Assembly (NCBI GenBank): GCA_041736175.1
Contig: JBGSUI010000069.1
Coordinates: forward strand, 1 to 64,000
Reading direction: 5' to 3'
Source of the DNA: Oligoflexales bacterium
GTDB lineage: Bacteria; Bdellovibrionota_B; Oligoflexia; Oligoflexales; CAIYRB01
DNA length: 64,000 nt
How positions within the stretch are numbered: the stretch's first letter is position 1; each line of letters begins with the position of its first letter. A program made the translations under genes and the position numbers. A model generated the notes under the pieces. That model was not told the DNA's origin, did not search any database, and worked only from the letters and a program-made list of their open reading frames with translations. This document shows positions 1 to 9,443 of the stretch, in pieces.

Positions 1-1
1 C

Positions 2-487
2 GATGGATACTATAAGGCGAGCGAAGCTATGAAGCTCAAGAAAGCCGACCTTGTGACACTGGACGAAAATTCGACGACAGATAAGCTCTTGTTTAAAGAA
101 ACCCCTGTTAAAGAATATAAATCCGACATGAGTTCGAAACCTACAAACAAGTATCTTATCTTAACGACCAATGTGGGGACCAAACTCAAGGTGACACCGA
201 CACATCCCCTTATAAATGGGAGTGGAGTGATGGTTCGTGCCAAGGAGATAGCAGTGGGAGAAACCCTACTTCATGTTTCTGGAGTCCAGCACCAGGTGAC
301 GGGAATTGAATCCGATGAAATCGGGGAGCGGGTTATCAATGTCCAACCAGCGACGCAAAGTGAAACCAGCAGTGTTTATGTGGTTCAAGGTTATCTCAGT
401 GGTTCCTCATCCCAGCAAGATCGAGAACTTTCAGAGGTCAATCGACACCTGTTCCGAGAGCAACTTACCGATATTTTAAACCCTTAG
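2..487 (+). CDS. C-terminal part of a Hint (intein/Hedgehog-like) domain protein, 5' partial
   Basis: Frame open from base 2. Block-B-like LKVTPTHP, then RAKEIAVGE and a block-F-like RVINVQP..VYVVQGYL. No terminal HN; short tail follows. Confidence 0.75.
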   Translation, partial: DGYYKASEAMKLKKADLVTLDENSTTDKLLFKETPVKEYKSDMSSKPTNKYLILTTNVGTKLKVTPTHPLINGSGVMVRAKEIAVGETLLHVSGVQHQVTGIESDEIGERVINVQPATQSETSSVYVVQGYLSGSSSQQDRELSEVNRHLFREQLTDILNP

Positions 488-506
488 AATCCCAATCATC
501 GGGCAA

Positions 507-540
507 GCCGGTCCCAGCTGTTTCAGGGACCGGTTTTTTA
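507..540 (+). terminator. Intrinsic terminator-like hairpin
   Basis: CCGGTCCC(508-515)/GGGACCGG(526-533) stem followed by T6, just after the stop at 487. Confidence 0.6.
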
Positions 541-553
541 CCAGGAGTTAACA

Positions 554-1318
554 ATGACTAGCATTAATAAACAAGCTATTGACAAATCAATTGCAGTAAT
601 CATCTTCTTAACAATGACTTTGGGGATTTTTTATGAATTCCATAGGAAAACGAGTCCCATGGGAACTGAGGATCGGGATACTTCCCGTAACTCTGGGTTA
701 GGTGCCCCTCTCCTGGGAAAAGGTCCAGAGTCCTTTGCAAGCCTCCCTAAATCAGAGAGGCCACTGAACACCCCCTATCCCATCAAAACCCACCTCCAAG
801 AAATCGAAGTGATTTGGAACAAGTCGGTCCTATCACGAGCTGACCTACAAAAGAAACAAGAAAGGCTTTGCGACGATCCCTTGATTAAAGCCTTAAGCCA
901 GCGCCTTGCCAGCGCCTCTTTTGCGAAGGATCTCATCAAAGAGGGAAAAAAACCCACAACAGTCTTCAAATCCATGCCAAAGATTCCTTTTTCTACAGAA
1001 TCTATGGAACGGCAGAAGTATGTAAAGTTTCTTATCCAGTCTGTGATGTGGGCGGAAAATCCAATAAAACCCACCGTGGTCAAGTCCATACAAAATGTTA
1101 TTTTGTCTCAAAACATAAATGAAACCGACTCTGAAGATCAACAAAAGTCGATCGCTGGAGATAAAATAGAGCTTTATTTGGCACTGCATAAAGCTGACCC
1201 GGAGGCTGCAGAAGGCCTTCTCTCTCAAGCAGAGGGTCTCACCTGGAAAGTTATAAATTATGCCCATACAAAGCTCAATGGACCAAAAAGTGGAATCCTG
1301 GCAAATATTTATAAGTAA
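554..1318 (+). CDS. Hypothetical membrane-anchored protein
   Basis: 254 aa ORF, AGGAG RBS, N-terminal hydrophobic segment. Confidence 0.7.
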   Translation: MTSINKQAIDKSIAVIIFLTMTLGIFYEFHRKTSPMGTEDRDTSRNSGLGAPLLGKGPESFASLPKSERPLNTPYPIKTHLQEIEVIWNKSVLSRADLQKKQERLCDDPLIKALSQRLASASFAKDLIKEGKKPTTVFKSMPKIPFSTESMERQKYVKFLIQSVMWAENPIKPTVVKSIQNVILSQNINETDSEDQQKSIAGDKIELYLALHKADPEAAEGLLSQAEGLTWKVINYAHTKLNGPKSGILANIYK

Positions 1319-1357
1319 AACCTCTGCTCCCTATTTATTACCATAAGGAATGTCATC

Positions 1358-2188
1358 GTGAGACTGGATACTATATTATTATTTTTGCTCTTTTTTTTGA
1401 GTAGCTGCGGCCTACGGCAGGTCGAAGCCGAGAGCGAACCAAAATGGTTGACTGGGGCTGGACCAGCCCGTGGACACGAGGATCTCACCCGCATTGCGGT
1501 AGACAGGGCCAACAATACCTTGCAAAACCTGCTGGGATATAAGCCCTACCCATCGATTGCAAAAGGTGTCGCAGGCCTCGACACGGGTCATCCGATGGTT
1601 AAGGGCAACTACGAAACCGATTTTCCCACCACAAAGATGTATCAATTTCACGGTATGCCCTCATCTGTGGACTGGCATAACGATGGCCGTCTACAACACT
1701 TACATAGCCTGCGGGACTATCCCGACAGGACACCCTTAGGTTTGCGGGCGTCGTGTCTTGCCGTGCGATCGAGTATTGTGCGAGCTGCTCACAAGGCGAT
1801 GGGTGCCTTCGGTGAGGGTGATAGAGACTCGGGGCTCTATTGGTTAGGGCACGCAACCCATATCATCCAAGACAGCTTTAGTCCCGCCCACACACCAAGG
1901 ACTGGTGAAGGTCGCCGGGTGATTACGGACCTATGTGTCTATGGTCTCGAATGGCCTGGAATTTGTAAGCACGAAACCGTCGATCTCCGTGACCATGTTT
2001 GGCGATCCACCTTTGCTTGCCAGTTCGATCCTAATAATCGTAATCATGCTTGTTTGAAAAGTGAGGCACAGGATGCCGTCCATGCTACAACTGCCTTTCT
2101 GATCAACGCCGGTGAAGCTATTTTTGCTGGCAATCCTTTTGACGATCTTTTACAAGGATTTTTTGCTTGCGAAACTTTAACTCCATAA
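1358..2188 (+). CDS. Lipoprotein, putative Zn-dependent phospholipase C/P1-nuclease fold
   Basis: Lipobox LSSC. W..GHEDLT, HLHS, GHATHIIQDSFSPAH metal-ligand pattern. Confidence 0.6.
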   Translation: MRLDTILLFLLFFLSSCGLRQVEAESEPKWLTGAGPARGHEDLTRIAVDRANNTLQNLLGYKPYPSIAKGVAGLDTGHPMVKGNYETDFPTTKMYQFHGMPSSVDWHNDGRLQHLHSLRDYPDRTPLGLRASCLAVRSSIVRAAHKAMGAFGEGDRDSGLYWLGHATHIIQDSFSPAHTPRTGEGRRVITDLCVYGLEWPGICKHETVDLRDHVWRSTFACQFDPNNRNHACLKSEAQDAVHATTAFLINAGEAIFAGNPFDDLLQGFFACETLTP

Positions 2189-2202
2189 AGGAATTTATTC
2201 TT

Positions 2203-2625
2203 ATGATTTTCAAAATCTACACTTTTAATATGATAGTCATACTGTGCTCCCTCGCAAGCGGATGCGGAGATCTTATAAAGGCACGCAATCCCACTAAACG
2301 GATGGACATACCGGAACCGGAGACCAAGAGCTCTGAAATTTACGGACAATGTGTCAACTTTCAAGGAAACTGGACGGTCCAATGTCCGACACCATCTCCA
2401 GATCTGCCAAGCTCTTTTTATTTGGTGCAGCAGTCCTGTGATCTGTTTATCCTCCAAAACACTTTTCTTTCCTTTGAGCGGGAGGCTGTCACCTGGTCTA
2501 ATGGCCGCGATGCCTTGTTTCTCAAGTCTGAGGGAGGGATTTTGCTTTTTCAAAAACAGGGACTGGTCCGTGATGGAACGTGGACTCATCGACAACAGAG
2601 TTGTCGGCTTAGTTGGGCGCCATAG
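2203..2625 (+). CDS. Hypothetical lipoprotein
   Basis: ATG after AAGGA; hydrophobic stretch ending LASGC. Confidence 0.55.
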   Translation: MIFKIYTFNMIVILCSLASGCGDLIKARNPTKRMDIPEPETKSSEIYGQCVNFQGNWTVQCPTPSPDLPSSFYLVQQSCDLFILQNTFLSFEREAVTWSNGRDALFLKSEGGILLFQKQGLVRDGTWTHRQQSCRLSWAP

Positions 2626-2645
2626 GTACCTAAAAGACCAGTGGA

Positions 2646-4010
2646 TCAAGAGGGTCGAGGGGCACAGGGTTGGCCAGACAGGCCCTCCTTAATATACAAA
2701 TCTAAGGTTGTCCAAATATTGAACATCTCCAGTGGTTTCTCTAAGAAGTGGCCCTCCGGTATCCATCTGTGAAGTATCACATCGCCAAATTTACCGATTG
2801 CCTTAATACTGCCGCCGCTACCTGTCTTATATAATGCCGCAATGTCTGGTTTCATAAAGTCAATTATTCTAGAACCATCATGATCACTGAGATGGATGTT
2901 GTGATTACGACTAGGATCAATAGTCATCCTGGTGCCACCACTATCAATTTTAGGTCCAAGCCCCCAAGTACCAATACCGAGTGAATCCATATCAATGACC
3001 AGTCCTTTTTTGGCTATATTTTGAAAGTATCTAGTAACAGGAGATAAGTCATAAGAGCGTCCCACTATGTTAAATCCAATATTTAATGATTTGGTTTCGA
3101 TGGGGGACTCCGACCCAATTTCCCAACGATCGAAGGTGGACACGACGGCAGAGGTGTCGTAAAAACGAGGAAACATATAATCTCTTTGCGACTTACGCAG
3201 CGTTGCAAAGGAATTGTCCGATACTCTAAAAACTTGTTCGTCTGTAAACCTATCTTCCAAACCTAGAGACATTATTTGGTTGATCTTTCGGATTCCCGAT
3301 TGGTTCCACTCCCAAATAATTGCATCAGGTCTAGTGACTGAGGGAGTTTTCTGAGCCATAGCGAGCAAGAAGGTGCTTTTCCCTAACCGTACGATGTCAG
3401 CCTTCATATTTAACCCAACGTTAATGCCGACATAGGTTTCACCAACAATTTTTTTAGAAATGGTATCAAAAATCCCGATTAATCCAGTTCGGTTATTAAA
3501 ATAGGCCAGATGATGATCACCGACGAACGCGGTGCTAAATTCCTCGGTGAGTCCCGAGGCTATCGTATGCATTTTGAGCAGGCGATTCAGATTTTCCTGT
3601 TTTACCAGGATAGAAGGTAGCTTAAAAAATCCAAAGTAGTATACCACCAGCATTTCGCGGTATTTAGACCGATACTCTTGCTTAATCTGGTTTAGAAACC
3701 ACTCGGGCCAGTATCCTGTCACTCTCTTCTCGATGATCTCTTGGAGGTGAACGTCTGATCTAGGATAGATCTTAAGGATCGTATTAAAATCTAACTGTGC
3801 AATGATTTTGCGTTGGCATATGGTTGGCAAAGCTTTAATCATCTTTTCGATGTCGATTTTGCATTCGTCACCCGCAGGCTGGTTGTCGGCCGTAGCGTTT
3901 GAGGTTGTACCAGACCGGTCGGTACACGAAGCGAAGGCGCCCGTAAAAATCAGTACTACAGAAACCCGTCGAAAAAAATTAGTAAACACCGCAGCATTCA
4001 GTCCAAACAT
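2646..4010 (-). CDS. Hypothetical lipoprotein
   Basis: 454 aa ORF, lipobox FASC, AT-rich. Confidence 0.7.
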   Translation of the reverse strand: MFGLNAAVFTNFFRRVSVVLIFTGAFASCTDRSGTTSNATADNQPAGDECKIDIEKMIKALPTICQRKIIAQLDFNTILKIYPRSDVHLQEIIEKRVTGYWPEWFLNQIKQEYRSKYREMLVVYYFGFFKLPSILVKQENLNRLLKMHTIASGLTEEFSTAFVGDHHLAYFNNRTGLIGIFDTISKKIVGETYVGINVGLNMKADIVRLGKSTFLLAMAQKTPSVTRPDAIIWEWNQSGIRKINQIMSLGLEDRFTDEQVFRVSDNSFATLRKSQRDYMFPRFYDTSAVVSTFDRWEIGSESPIETKSLNIGFNIVGRSYDLSPVTRYFQNIAKKGLVIDMDSLGIGTWGLGPKIDSGGTRMTIDPSRNHNIHLSDHDGSRIIDFMKPDIAALYKTGSGGSIKAIGKFGDVILHRWIPEGHFLEKPLEMFNIWTTLDLYIKEGLSGQPCAPRPS

Positions 4011-4079
4011 TGTGATATTGACCCCTTTGATGAAATTTGTTTTTTAAGCATTAAATTATTCCGATCCAAGAATTTCCAA

Positions 4080-4095
4080 TGCAATAGGCATGCCA
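4080..4095 (-). promoter_or_regulatory. sigma54 -24/-12 promoter
   Basis: TGGCATGCCTATTGCA, 70 nt upstream of the 4010 start. Confidence 0.65.
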
Positions 4096-4120
4096 AATCT
4101 CTCGGGTGGAGAATTGATTG

Positions 4121-4150
4121 TTAATCATCAACAAGAGACATCACACTAGG
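4121..4150. repeat. 30-bp direct repeat, copy 1 (copy 2 at 5241-5270)
   Basis: TTAATCATCAACAAGAGACATCACACTAGG vs TTCATCATCAACAAGAGACTTCACACTAGG, 28/30 identical. Confidence 0.9.
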
Positions 4151-5026
4151 GCGCCATGGAGGAGATGTCAGATCGATGGGAGTCGCTTTCACGGACTGTG
4201 CCGTGCTCGCGGTAGGATCTGGTGTGGACAGAACTATGTTCATGAACTCTGCCACGCCTGGATCGTTAACGTTAACATAATAACTAAATTCAGCGTTATT
4301 GCTGCTGATATCTTTATTGCCTACTGGTCCCCACATCCCTCCAACTTTGGCCGCGATCCCGACAACTTCACCTGCAGAGTTAAAGAGCGGTCCTCCTGAA
4401 TCACCTGGACCTACCGCAGATGTGGACATGCCGACAGCCGTTGTTGTCAGTATGATGCTACTACCCAAAGGGAGTGCTATATCATGGACTGTGTTGGCTC
4501 CTGCATGTCGCTTAAATTCGGAATTGGAACTTTTAAGCGTTTCATCAGTTCGTCCGTACCCGACCAAACCCACGGCATCCCCCTTTTTTGGGCTAGATGA
4601 GGCTATCTTTCCGATGGCATGGCCTGCAAACGAGCCTTTTGGCAAGACAACGAAGGCCACATCCGCTCTGAGCTGACTAGCCATCGCGGCCTGGGGGTCG
4701 TAAGTAGGGAAGGACACAAAAGTTTGACTTTTTACGACCTTTTTTGGCATCCCATGACTTGCGTAATCGCCCATGGTGACAGTCGAAGCATCTTGGATGC
4801 AGTGGGCAGCCGTTAAGACCAGATCATCCCGCACGACTGTCCCGGTACATACTGTAAACTTACCGTCAATTTCTTTAATAAATATAGCGACGGCTTCGGG
4901 ATAGATAGTGTCATTCTCGGTCCCACCAATAACTTTGAGAGTTGTATCGGTATTTTGAGCGTTGCAGGCTGCGATCGTAAAAAACAGGGATAAAGTAACG
5001 AAACTGGAAATCAAATCATTATTCAT
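4121..5026 (-). CDS. Trypsin-like (S1) serine protease, lipoprotein
   Basis: IAAC lipobox, VIGG, LTAAHC, DVA and GDSGGP motifs. Confidence 0.92.
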   Translation of the reverse strand: MNNDLISSFVTLSLFFTIAACNAQNTDTTLKVIGGTENDTIYPEAVAIFIKEIDGKFTVCTGTVVRDDLVLTAAHCIQDASTVTMGDYASHGMPKKVVKSQTFVSFPTYDPQAAMASQLRADVAFVVLPKGSFAGHAIGKIASSSPKKGDAVGLVGYGRTDETLKSSNSEFKRHAGANTVHDIALPLGSSIILTTTAVGMSTSAVGPGDSGGPLFNSAGEVVGIAAKVGGMWGPVGNKDISSNNAEFSYYVNVNDPGVAEFMNIVLSTPDPTASTAQSVKATPIDLTSPPWRPSVMSLVDD

Positions 5027-5074
5027 CGTCGTTGTCCTTAAAAATCTAACTTATCTAGATCTGAATAAGCGTCC

Positions 5075-5090
5075 TGCAAAATCAAGACCA
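5075..5090 (-). promoter_or_regulatory. sigma54-like promoter
   Basis: TGGTCTTGATTTTGCA, 49 nt upstream of the trypsin start. Confidence 0.55.
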
Positions 5091-5210
5091 GTTTTCTATT
5101 CTACCAAATGCCCACAAATAGTTGCGCCGCTCTGATTGTGGACTGTTTAAGGAGTCAACACATTCGCGAAAATGCCCTGTTACCTTTAATAGTCTCTAGG
5201 ATAATGGGAA

Positions 5211-5236
5211 TAAGCCCGCAGCGAGCTGCGGGCTTA
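5211..5236 (-). terminator. Terminator-like hairpin
   Basis: Perfect 12-bp inverted repeat TAAGCCCGCAGC/GCTGCGGGCTTA downstream of the 5286 stop. Confidence 0.65.
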
Positions 5237-5240
5237 GCCA

Positions 5241-5270
5241 TTCATCATCAACAAGAGACTTCACACTAGG
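5241..5270. repeat. 30-bp direct repeat, copy 2
   Basis: Matches 4121-4150 at 28/30. Confidence 0.9.
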
Positions 5271-5285
5271 AAGGAAACACTGACT

Positions 5286-5594
5286 TCAGATGCAAGAGTC
5301 ATCAGCAACAACTGCAGAAGTATCGGACATCACGACTTGGTCTGATCTAAATGTCTGGGCCTGGGGAGAATGATAGGTAAATAAATCACCATTTTCGTCT
5401 ATGCTTACGATTTGTGATTTTGCAGAAACCTGCTTGTAACACCCTGTGGGTGCTTGACCGACGACGAAATCTGTCGATGAAGCTGTAGCTTGGGGCTGTT
5501 CGGTTGCGGATTTTTCCTTGACGGCAAATCCACAGGCGTTTAGTAAAAAGACTGCTGCCGAAAGTTTGATTGCATTGTGTATGCGGCGATCCAT
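5286..5594 (-). CDS. Small lipoprotein
   Basis: GGAGG RBS, lipobox LNAC. Confidence 0.75.
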   Translation of the reverse strand: MDRRIHNAIKLSAAVFLLNACGFAVKEKSATEQPQATASSTDFVVGQAPTGCYKQVSAKSQIVSIDENGDLFTYHSPQAQTFRSDQVVMSDTSAVVADDSCI

Positions 5595-5659
5595 AGCGTG
5601 TCCTCCAAAAATTTTGTTAAGTTCCTTACGATGTCTGGCTCCTTTTATAGTATTTATAA

Positions 5660-5675
5660 AGCAAGCTCTGTGCCG
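5660..5675 (-). promoter_or_regulatory. sigma54 promoter
   Basis: CGGCACAGAGCTTGCT, 66 nt upstream of the 5594 start. Confidence 0.65.
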
Positions 5676-5930
5676 TTCGCGCTTAGATAGGCAAAAGCAG
5701 TCTTTTCAGGGATTTAGATTTTAGAAGGAAAGAAGCTGGGCGTTTAAGGTTTTGACGCCTGTCTAAGACAAAGGGCGCAAAACCCGGTGGGTTGGGTTAG
5801 GGTTTAGTAGATTATTCATAAATCATGCCAGGCTTTTTAAATGAAAAACCCAGTCCTTCCATGGGTGTTACCAGGAGGCTGTATAACTCATAGACAGTTC
5901 GCCCCGAAACCCGCCTAAAAGATGCGCAGT

Positions 5931-6899
5931 TTATTTCGAGAAAGTTCTCGATTCTTTCGGGCGAATCACAAAGGGCAGGCACACGCCAAATCCACAGATC
6001 AGCAGTGCCCCTATCCATGCTTTTCCATCGATAGGATGGCTGAAAAAGAATACTCCAGCGAGAGTGTTGAGGACAGGTTGGAGGTAGCTGACAGCACTGG
6101 CTAAGGCTGCGGGCGCAAGTTGGTAACCTGAGGTCAAATAAAACTGGGCAACGGTGCCAAAGGCTCCCGCTCCCAGGAGGAGGAGCCAGGTTTGGACCTG
6201 GTGGGGCCAGACGACGGGCACAAAGGTGATCAATAGGACATGGAGGAGACAGCCCACCGCACAAAAGTAGAAGACCACCGTCTCAGGACGATTGGTCCGC
6301 CCAGCCTTGGCAATCATAAGGTACGCCATAGAGGAAAAAAAACCAGCTCCTAAGCCATACCAACGGCCTAGGGGATTGGCGTCGGTGATCCTAGGCTCCA
6401 GAAGCAGAAACAACCCCACTGCGGAACCAGCCAGGGCAAGCCAGCCCAGGAGGGAGTTTTTTTGTTTGAGAAAGAGTGGGGCTAGGGTTGCAATAAAAAT
6501 GCTATTGCTAGACTGTAAAAATGTGGACTCACCGGCTCCTATGGCTTTGAGGGCTGCGAAATAAAAAATCATGGCGAGACTGCCAAAGATTCCTCGACCC
6601 CAGAGGGAAGCCCGCCCATCACCGACCAGGTTTTTCCAGCGCACAGAAAGAGATTGATCAGTAAGTGCAGAGTTCTCTTCGCGGCTGTGCCAGAACTTTC
6701 CAAAAAGTCCTACAAGAAGGACCCCTACAAAGTTGATGCTGATCCGTGGTCCCGTAACACTGAGGGTTGACATCCCTGGTTCGAGGATTTGGGCGAGGTA
6801 GGCCAAGTTTGCCATGGCTGCAAAGAAAACGCAGGAAAGGATGATGTGGCGAAGTCCCCTAGATTTTGCGCTAACATTCAAACTGTCACTCGCCCCCAT
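5931..6899 (-). CDS. DMT/EamA family transporter
   Basis: About 10 TM segments, duplicated EamA pattern (RG..G..A..FYFAAL; YLQPV). Start uncertain; ORF extends to 7016. Confidence 0.88.
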   Translation of the reverse strand: MGASDSLNVSAKSRGLRHIILSCVFFAAMANLAYLAQILEPGMSTLSVTGPRISINFVGVLLVGLFGKFWHSREENSALTDQSLSVRWKNLVGDGRASLWGRGIFGSLAMIFYFAALKAIGAGESTFLQSSNSIFIATLAPLFLKQKNSLLGWLALAGSAVGLFLLLEPRITDANPLGRWYGLGAGFFSSMAYLMIAKAGRTNRPETVVFYFCAVGCLLHVLLITFVPVVWPHQVQTWLLLLGAGAFGTVAQFYLTSGYQLAPAALASAVSYLQPVLNTLAGVFFFSHPIDGKAWIGALLICGFGVCLPFVIRPKESRTFSK

Positions 6900-6965
6900 G
6901 CCCAGGATTTGGTAAAGAGAGTACGGCGAGGCATTATACACATACACCCATAAGGACACCAAGTC

Positions 6966-7817
6966 ATGGATGGCTTTCCCAACTCTGATCCAAACTGCAA
7001 ACGGGTGGTCACTCATAAACTAATTAAGCCCCGCCGTCATCGTGGGCTGCATATCCCTTTTTTGATATTCCTTACAATTATGGGCTGCACGACCATGGAA
7101 GAGGACCAGTCAGCGGGTCGATCCTCTGACTACGGTGTCCAATTAGGCCTGGATGGATTTGTTCCAGCTCGCATTGCGATCGTCCCGTGCCAAGGATGGC
7201 CCTCCATCGCCTACTACCCTGGTCGACGTCCGACGAATGCCCCCCAATCTGCCTTAGAGTATATCTGTAATAAATATGATGAGTTTATCCTCCAAGGATT
7301 CGATCGACAGCCTTATATGAAAGGACTCTCACCAAAGTTTGTGGAAAAATCCCTTGCCGCAAAAAACTTGCCTTTATTAAACCAGATCGTTGCAAAATTG
7401 TGGGCTAAAAAGGCGGGCCCTTGTCCTGGATGTGCTAACCCTCCCCAGTACTATACCCTCAAAATTGCGCCCCTTCCGGATTGGGAAATATGGGTTGGTC
7501 AGGTCAGCCAAGCAGCTCGCAGTGCCGATGCGCTGCTGATTCCCATGGTGGTCTCCCTTGAAGAGTCCCGGTACGTCGATCGCGGGATCGCGGTCGCGGA
7601 ACGAGCGTCCCAGGTGAGCCTTTTTTTAATCGATACAGCCTCAGGCAAGCTCCTATGGGCGGGGGGGCGTCAGGTTTTTCTACCCGAAAAGCGGCTTTCG
7701 CCAGGTCCGGGATCTGTGAATGCCGCAGGTCTTGAGCCACCACCTTGGGATGATGTGGCTGCAAGGCTTTTTGTCGAGCCCCTTTGGCAAGACTTTCCGG
7801 GACGAAAAACCCTGTAG
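6966..7817 (+). CDS. Hypothetical lipoprotein
   Basis: Hydrophobic stretch ending [15 protein letters not shown] motif. Start uncertain. Confidence 0.65.
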   Translation: MDGFPNSDPNCKRVVTHKLIKPRRHRGLHIPFLIFLTIMGCTTMEEDQSAGRSSDYGVQLGLDGFVPARIAIVPCQGWPSIAYYPGRRPTNAPQSALEYICNKYDEFILQGFDRQPYMKGLSPKFVEKSLAAKNLPLLNQIVAKLWAKKAGPCPGCANPPQYYTLKIAPLPDWEIWVGQVSQAARSADALLIPMVVSLEESRYVDRGIAVAERASQVSLFLIDTASGKLLWAGGRQVFLPEKRLSPGPGSVNAAGLEPPPWDDVAARLFVEPLWQDFPGRKTL

Positions 7818-7861
7818 CTAAGTTTATCAATAGGTGTGGTTACCTTTACGAAAGGATCGTT

Positions 7862-9424
7862 ATGACTCCTGAAGAACAACTCGCAGAAAAACGCTTCCAA
7901 GCTTCCCTCGGTGGCGGGGCCAAAAGAATGGACGACCAACACCGGCGAGGCAAACTGACCGCCCGAGAGCGGATCGGCCTCCTTATGGATCCCGGGACCT
8001 TTATCGAACTCGATGCCTTTGCCGTTCACGACTGCGTGGATTTCGGGATGGGCGATAAAAAATTCCTCGGGGATGGAGTGATCACTGGTTTTGGTGAAGT
8101 GGAGGGAAGGATCGTCTATGTTTTTTCCCAAGACTTTACGGTTTTTGGTGGAAGCCTTTCCTTGACGATGGCGCGAAAGATCTGCAAGGTCATGGACCTT
8201 GCGGTCCAGAGTGGCGCGCCGGTGATTGGCTTTAATGACTCGGGAGGGGCCCGGATCCAGGAGGGGGTGCAGAGTCTTGGTGGTTATGCGGATATCTTTT
8301 ACCGCAATGTGAGGTCATCAGGTGTGGTCCCCCAGCTTTCCGTTGTGGTGGGACCCTGCGCGGGGGGGGCTGTCTATTCTCCGGCGATCACCGATTTTGT
8401 GTTTATGGTTGACCAAACAAGCCATATGTTTATCACCGGCCCTGACGTGATCAAGGCCGTGACCGGCGAGTCCATTACGTTTGACGACCTTGGGGGAGCC
8501 CAGACCCATACCCAAAAAAGCGGGGTTGCGGACCGGCGATTTGCCAACGAAGCGGAATTGATTCAAGGGATCCGGACCTGGCTTTCCTATGTGCCCCAAT
8601 CAGCGCGAAGTCTCCCCCCGGAGGGCCGTGACCCTGACAAAGATCCCCAGGTAAAGGCCCAAATCGAGCAACAACTCCAGACCATCGGCAGTCTCGTCCC
8701 AGACAATCCTAACCACCCCTATGACATGGGGGCTGTGATCCGAGCGGTCGTGGACCCTGATAGTTTTTTTGAACTCAAACCAGAGTATGCGCCCCATATG
8801 CTCACAGGCTTTGCCCGCCTCGGGGGCCAGTCGGTCGGTATTGTTGCCAACAATCCCAACTTTTTGGCTGGCGTCCTCGATATCGATGCTTCGGTGAAAG
8901 GGGCTCGGTTTGTGCGCTTTTGTGATGCCTTCCAGATACCCCTGATCACCTTTGTGGATGTCCCGGGTTTTCTGCCAGGCAGCGATCAGGAGCATCAAGG
9001 GATCATCCGCCATGGAGCTAAACTCCTATATGCTTTTTCCGAGGCCACTGTTCCGAGGTTGACGGTAATCACCCGTAAAGCCTATGGTGGAGCTTATGAT
9101 GTGATGAACTCTAAACATATCGGTGCTGACTTTAACTTTGCCTGGCCCCATGCAGAGATCGCCGTTATGGGAGCGTCCGGTGCTTGTAATATCATCTTTA
9201 AGGCAGAGATTGCTGCGGCAGAAGCGCCTGAGGAGAAACGCCGGGCCTTGATCGACCACTACAGCGCCACCTTTGCCAACCCTTACACTGCGGCGGCCAA
9301 AGGCTATGTGGACGCGGTGATCTTTCCCCATGAAACCCGCACCTACCTCATCAAGGGTCTACGGTCCTTGCGCCATAAGGTCACCAGCATACCTGACCGC
9401 AAGCATGGCAATATACCGCTTTAA
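7862..9424 (+). CDS. pccB: Acyl-CoA (propionyl-CoA) carboxylase beta subunit
   Basis: [36 protein letters not shown] and KHGNIPL motifs. Confidence 0.95.
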   Translation: MTPEEQLAEKRFQASLGGGAKRMDDQHRRGKLTARERIGLLMDPGTFIELDAFAVHDCVDFGMGDKKFLGDGVITGFGEVEGRIVYVFSQDFTVFGGSLSLTMARKICKVMDLAVQSGAPVIGFNDSGGARIQEGVQSLGGYADIFYRNVRSSGVVPQLSVVVGPCAGGAVYSPAITDFVFMVDQTSHMFITGPDVIKAVTGESITFDDLGGAQTHTQKSGVADRRFANEAELIQGIRTWLSYVPQSARSLPPEGRDPDKDPQVKAQIEQQLQTIGSLVPDNPNHPYDMGAVIRAVVDPDSFFELKPEYAPHMLTGFARLGGQSVGIVANNPNFLAGVLDIDASVKGARFVRFCDAFQIPLITFVDVPGFLPGSDQEHQGIIRHGAKLLYAFSEATVPRLTVITRKAYGGAYDVMNSKHIGADFNFAWPHAEIAVMGASGACNIIFKAEIAAAEAPEEKRRALIDHYSATFANPYTAAAKGYVDAVIFPHETRTYLIKGLRSLRHKVTSIPDRKHGNIPL

Positions 9425-9443
9425 CCCATAAGGAAACCATGCC

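Noticed and set aside
4121..5270. CRISPR repeats or integron attC sites
   Set aside because: Only two copies 1.1 kb apart, no cas genes, no RYYYAAC/GTTRRRY dyad and no intact integron integrase.
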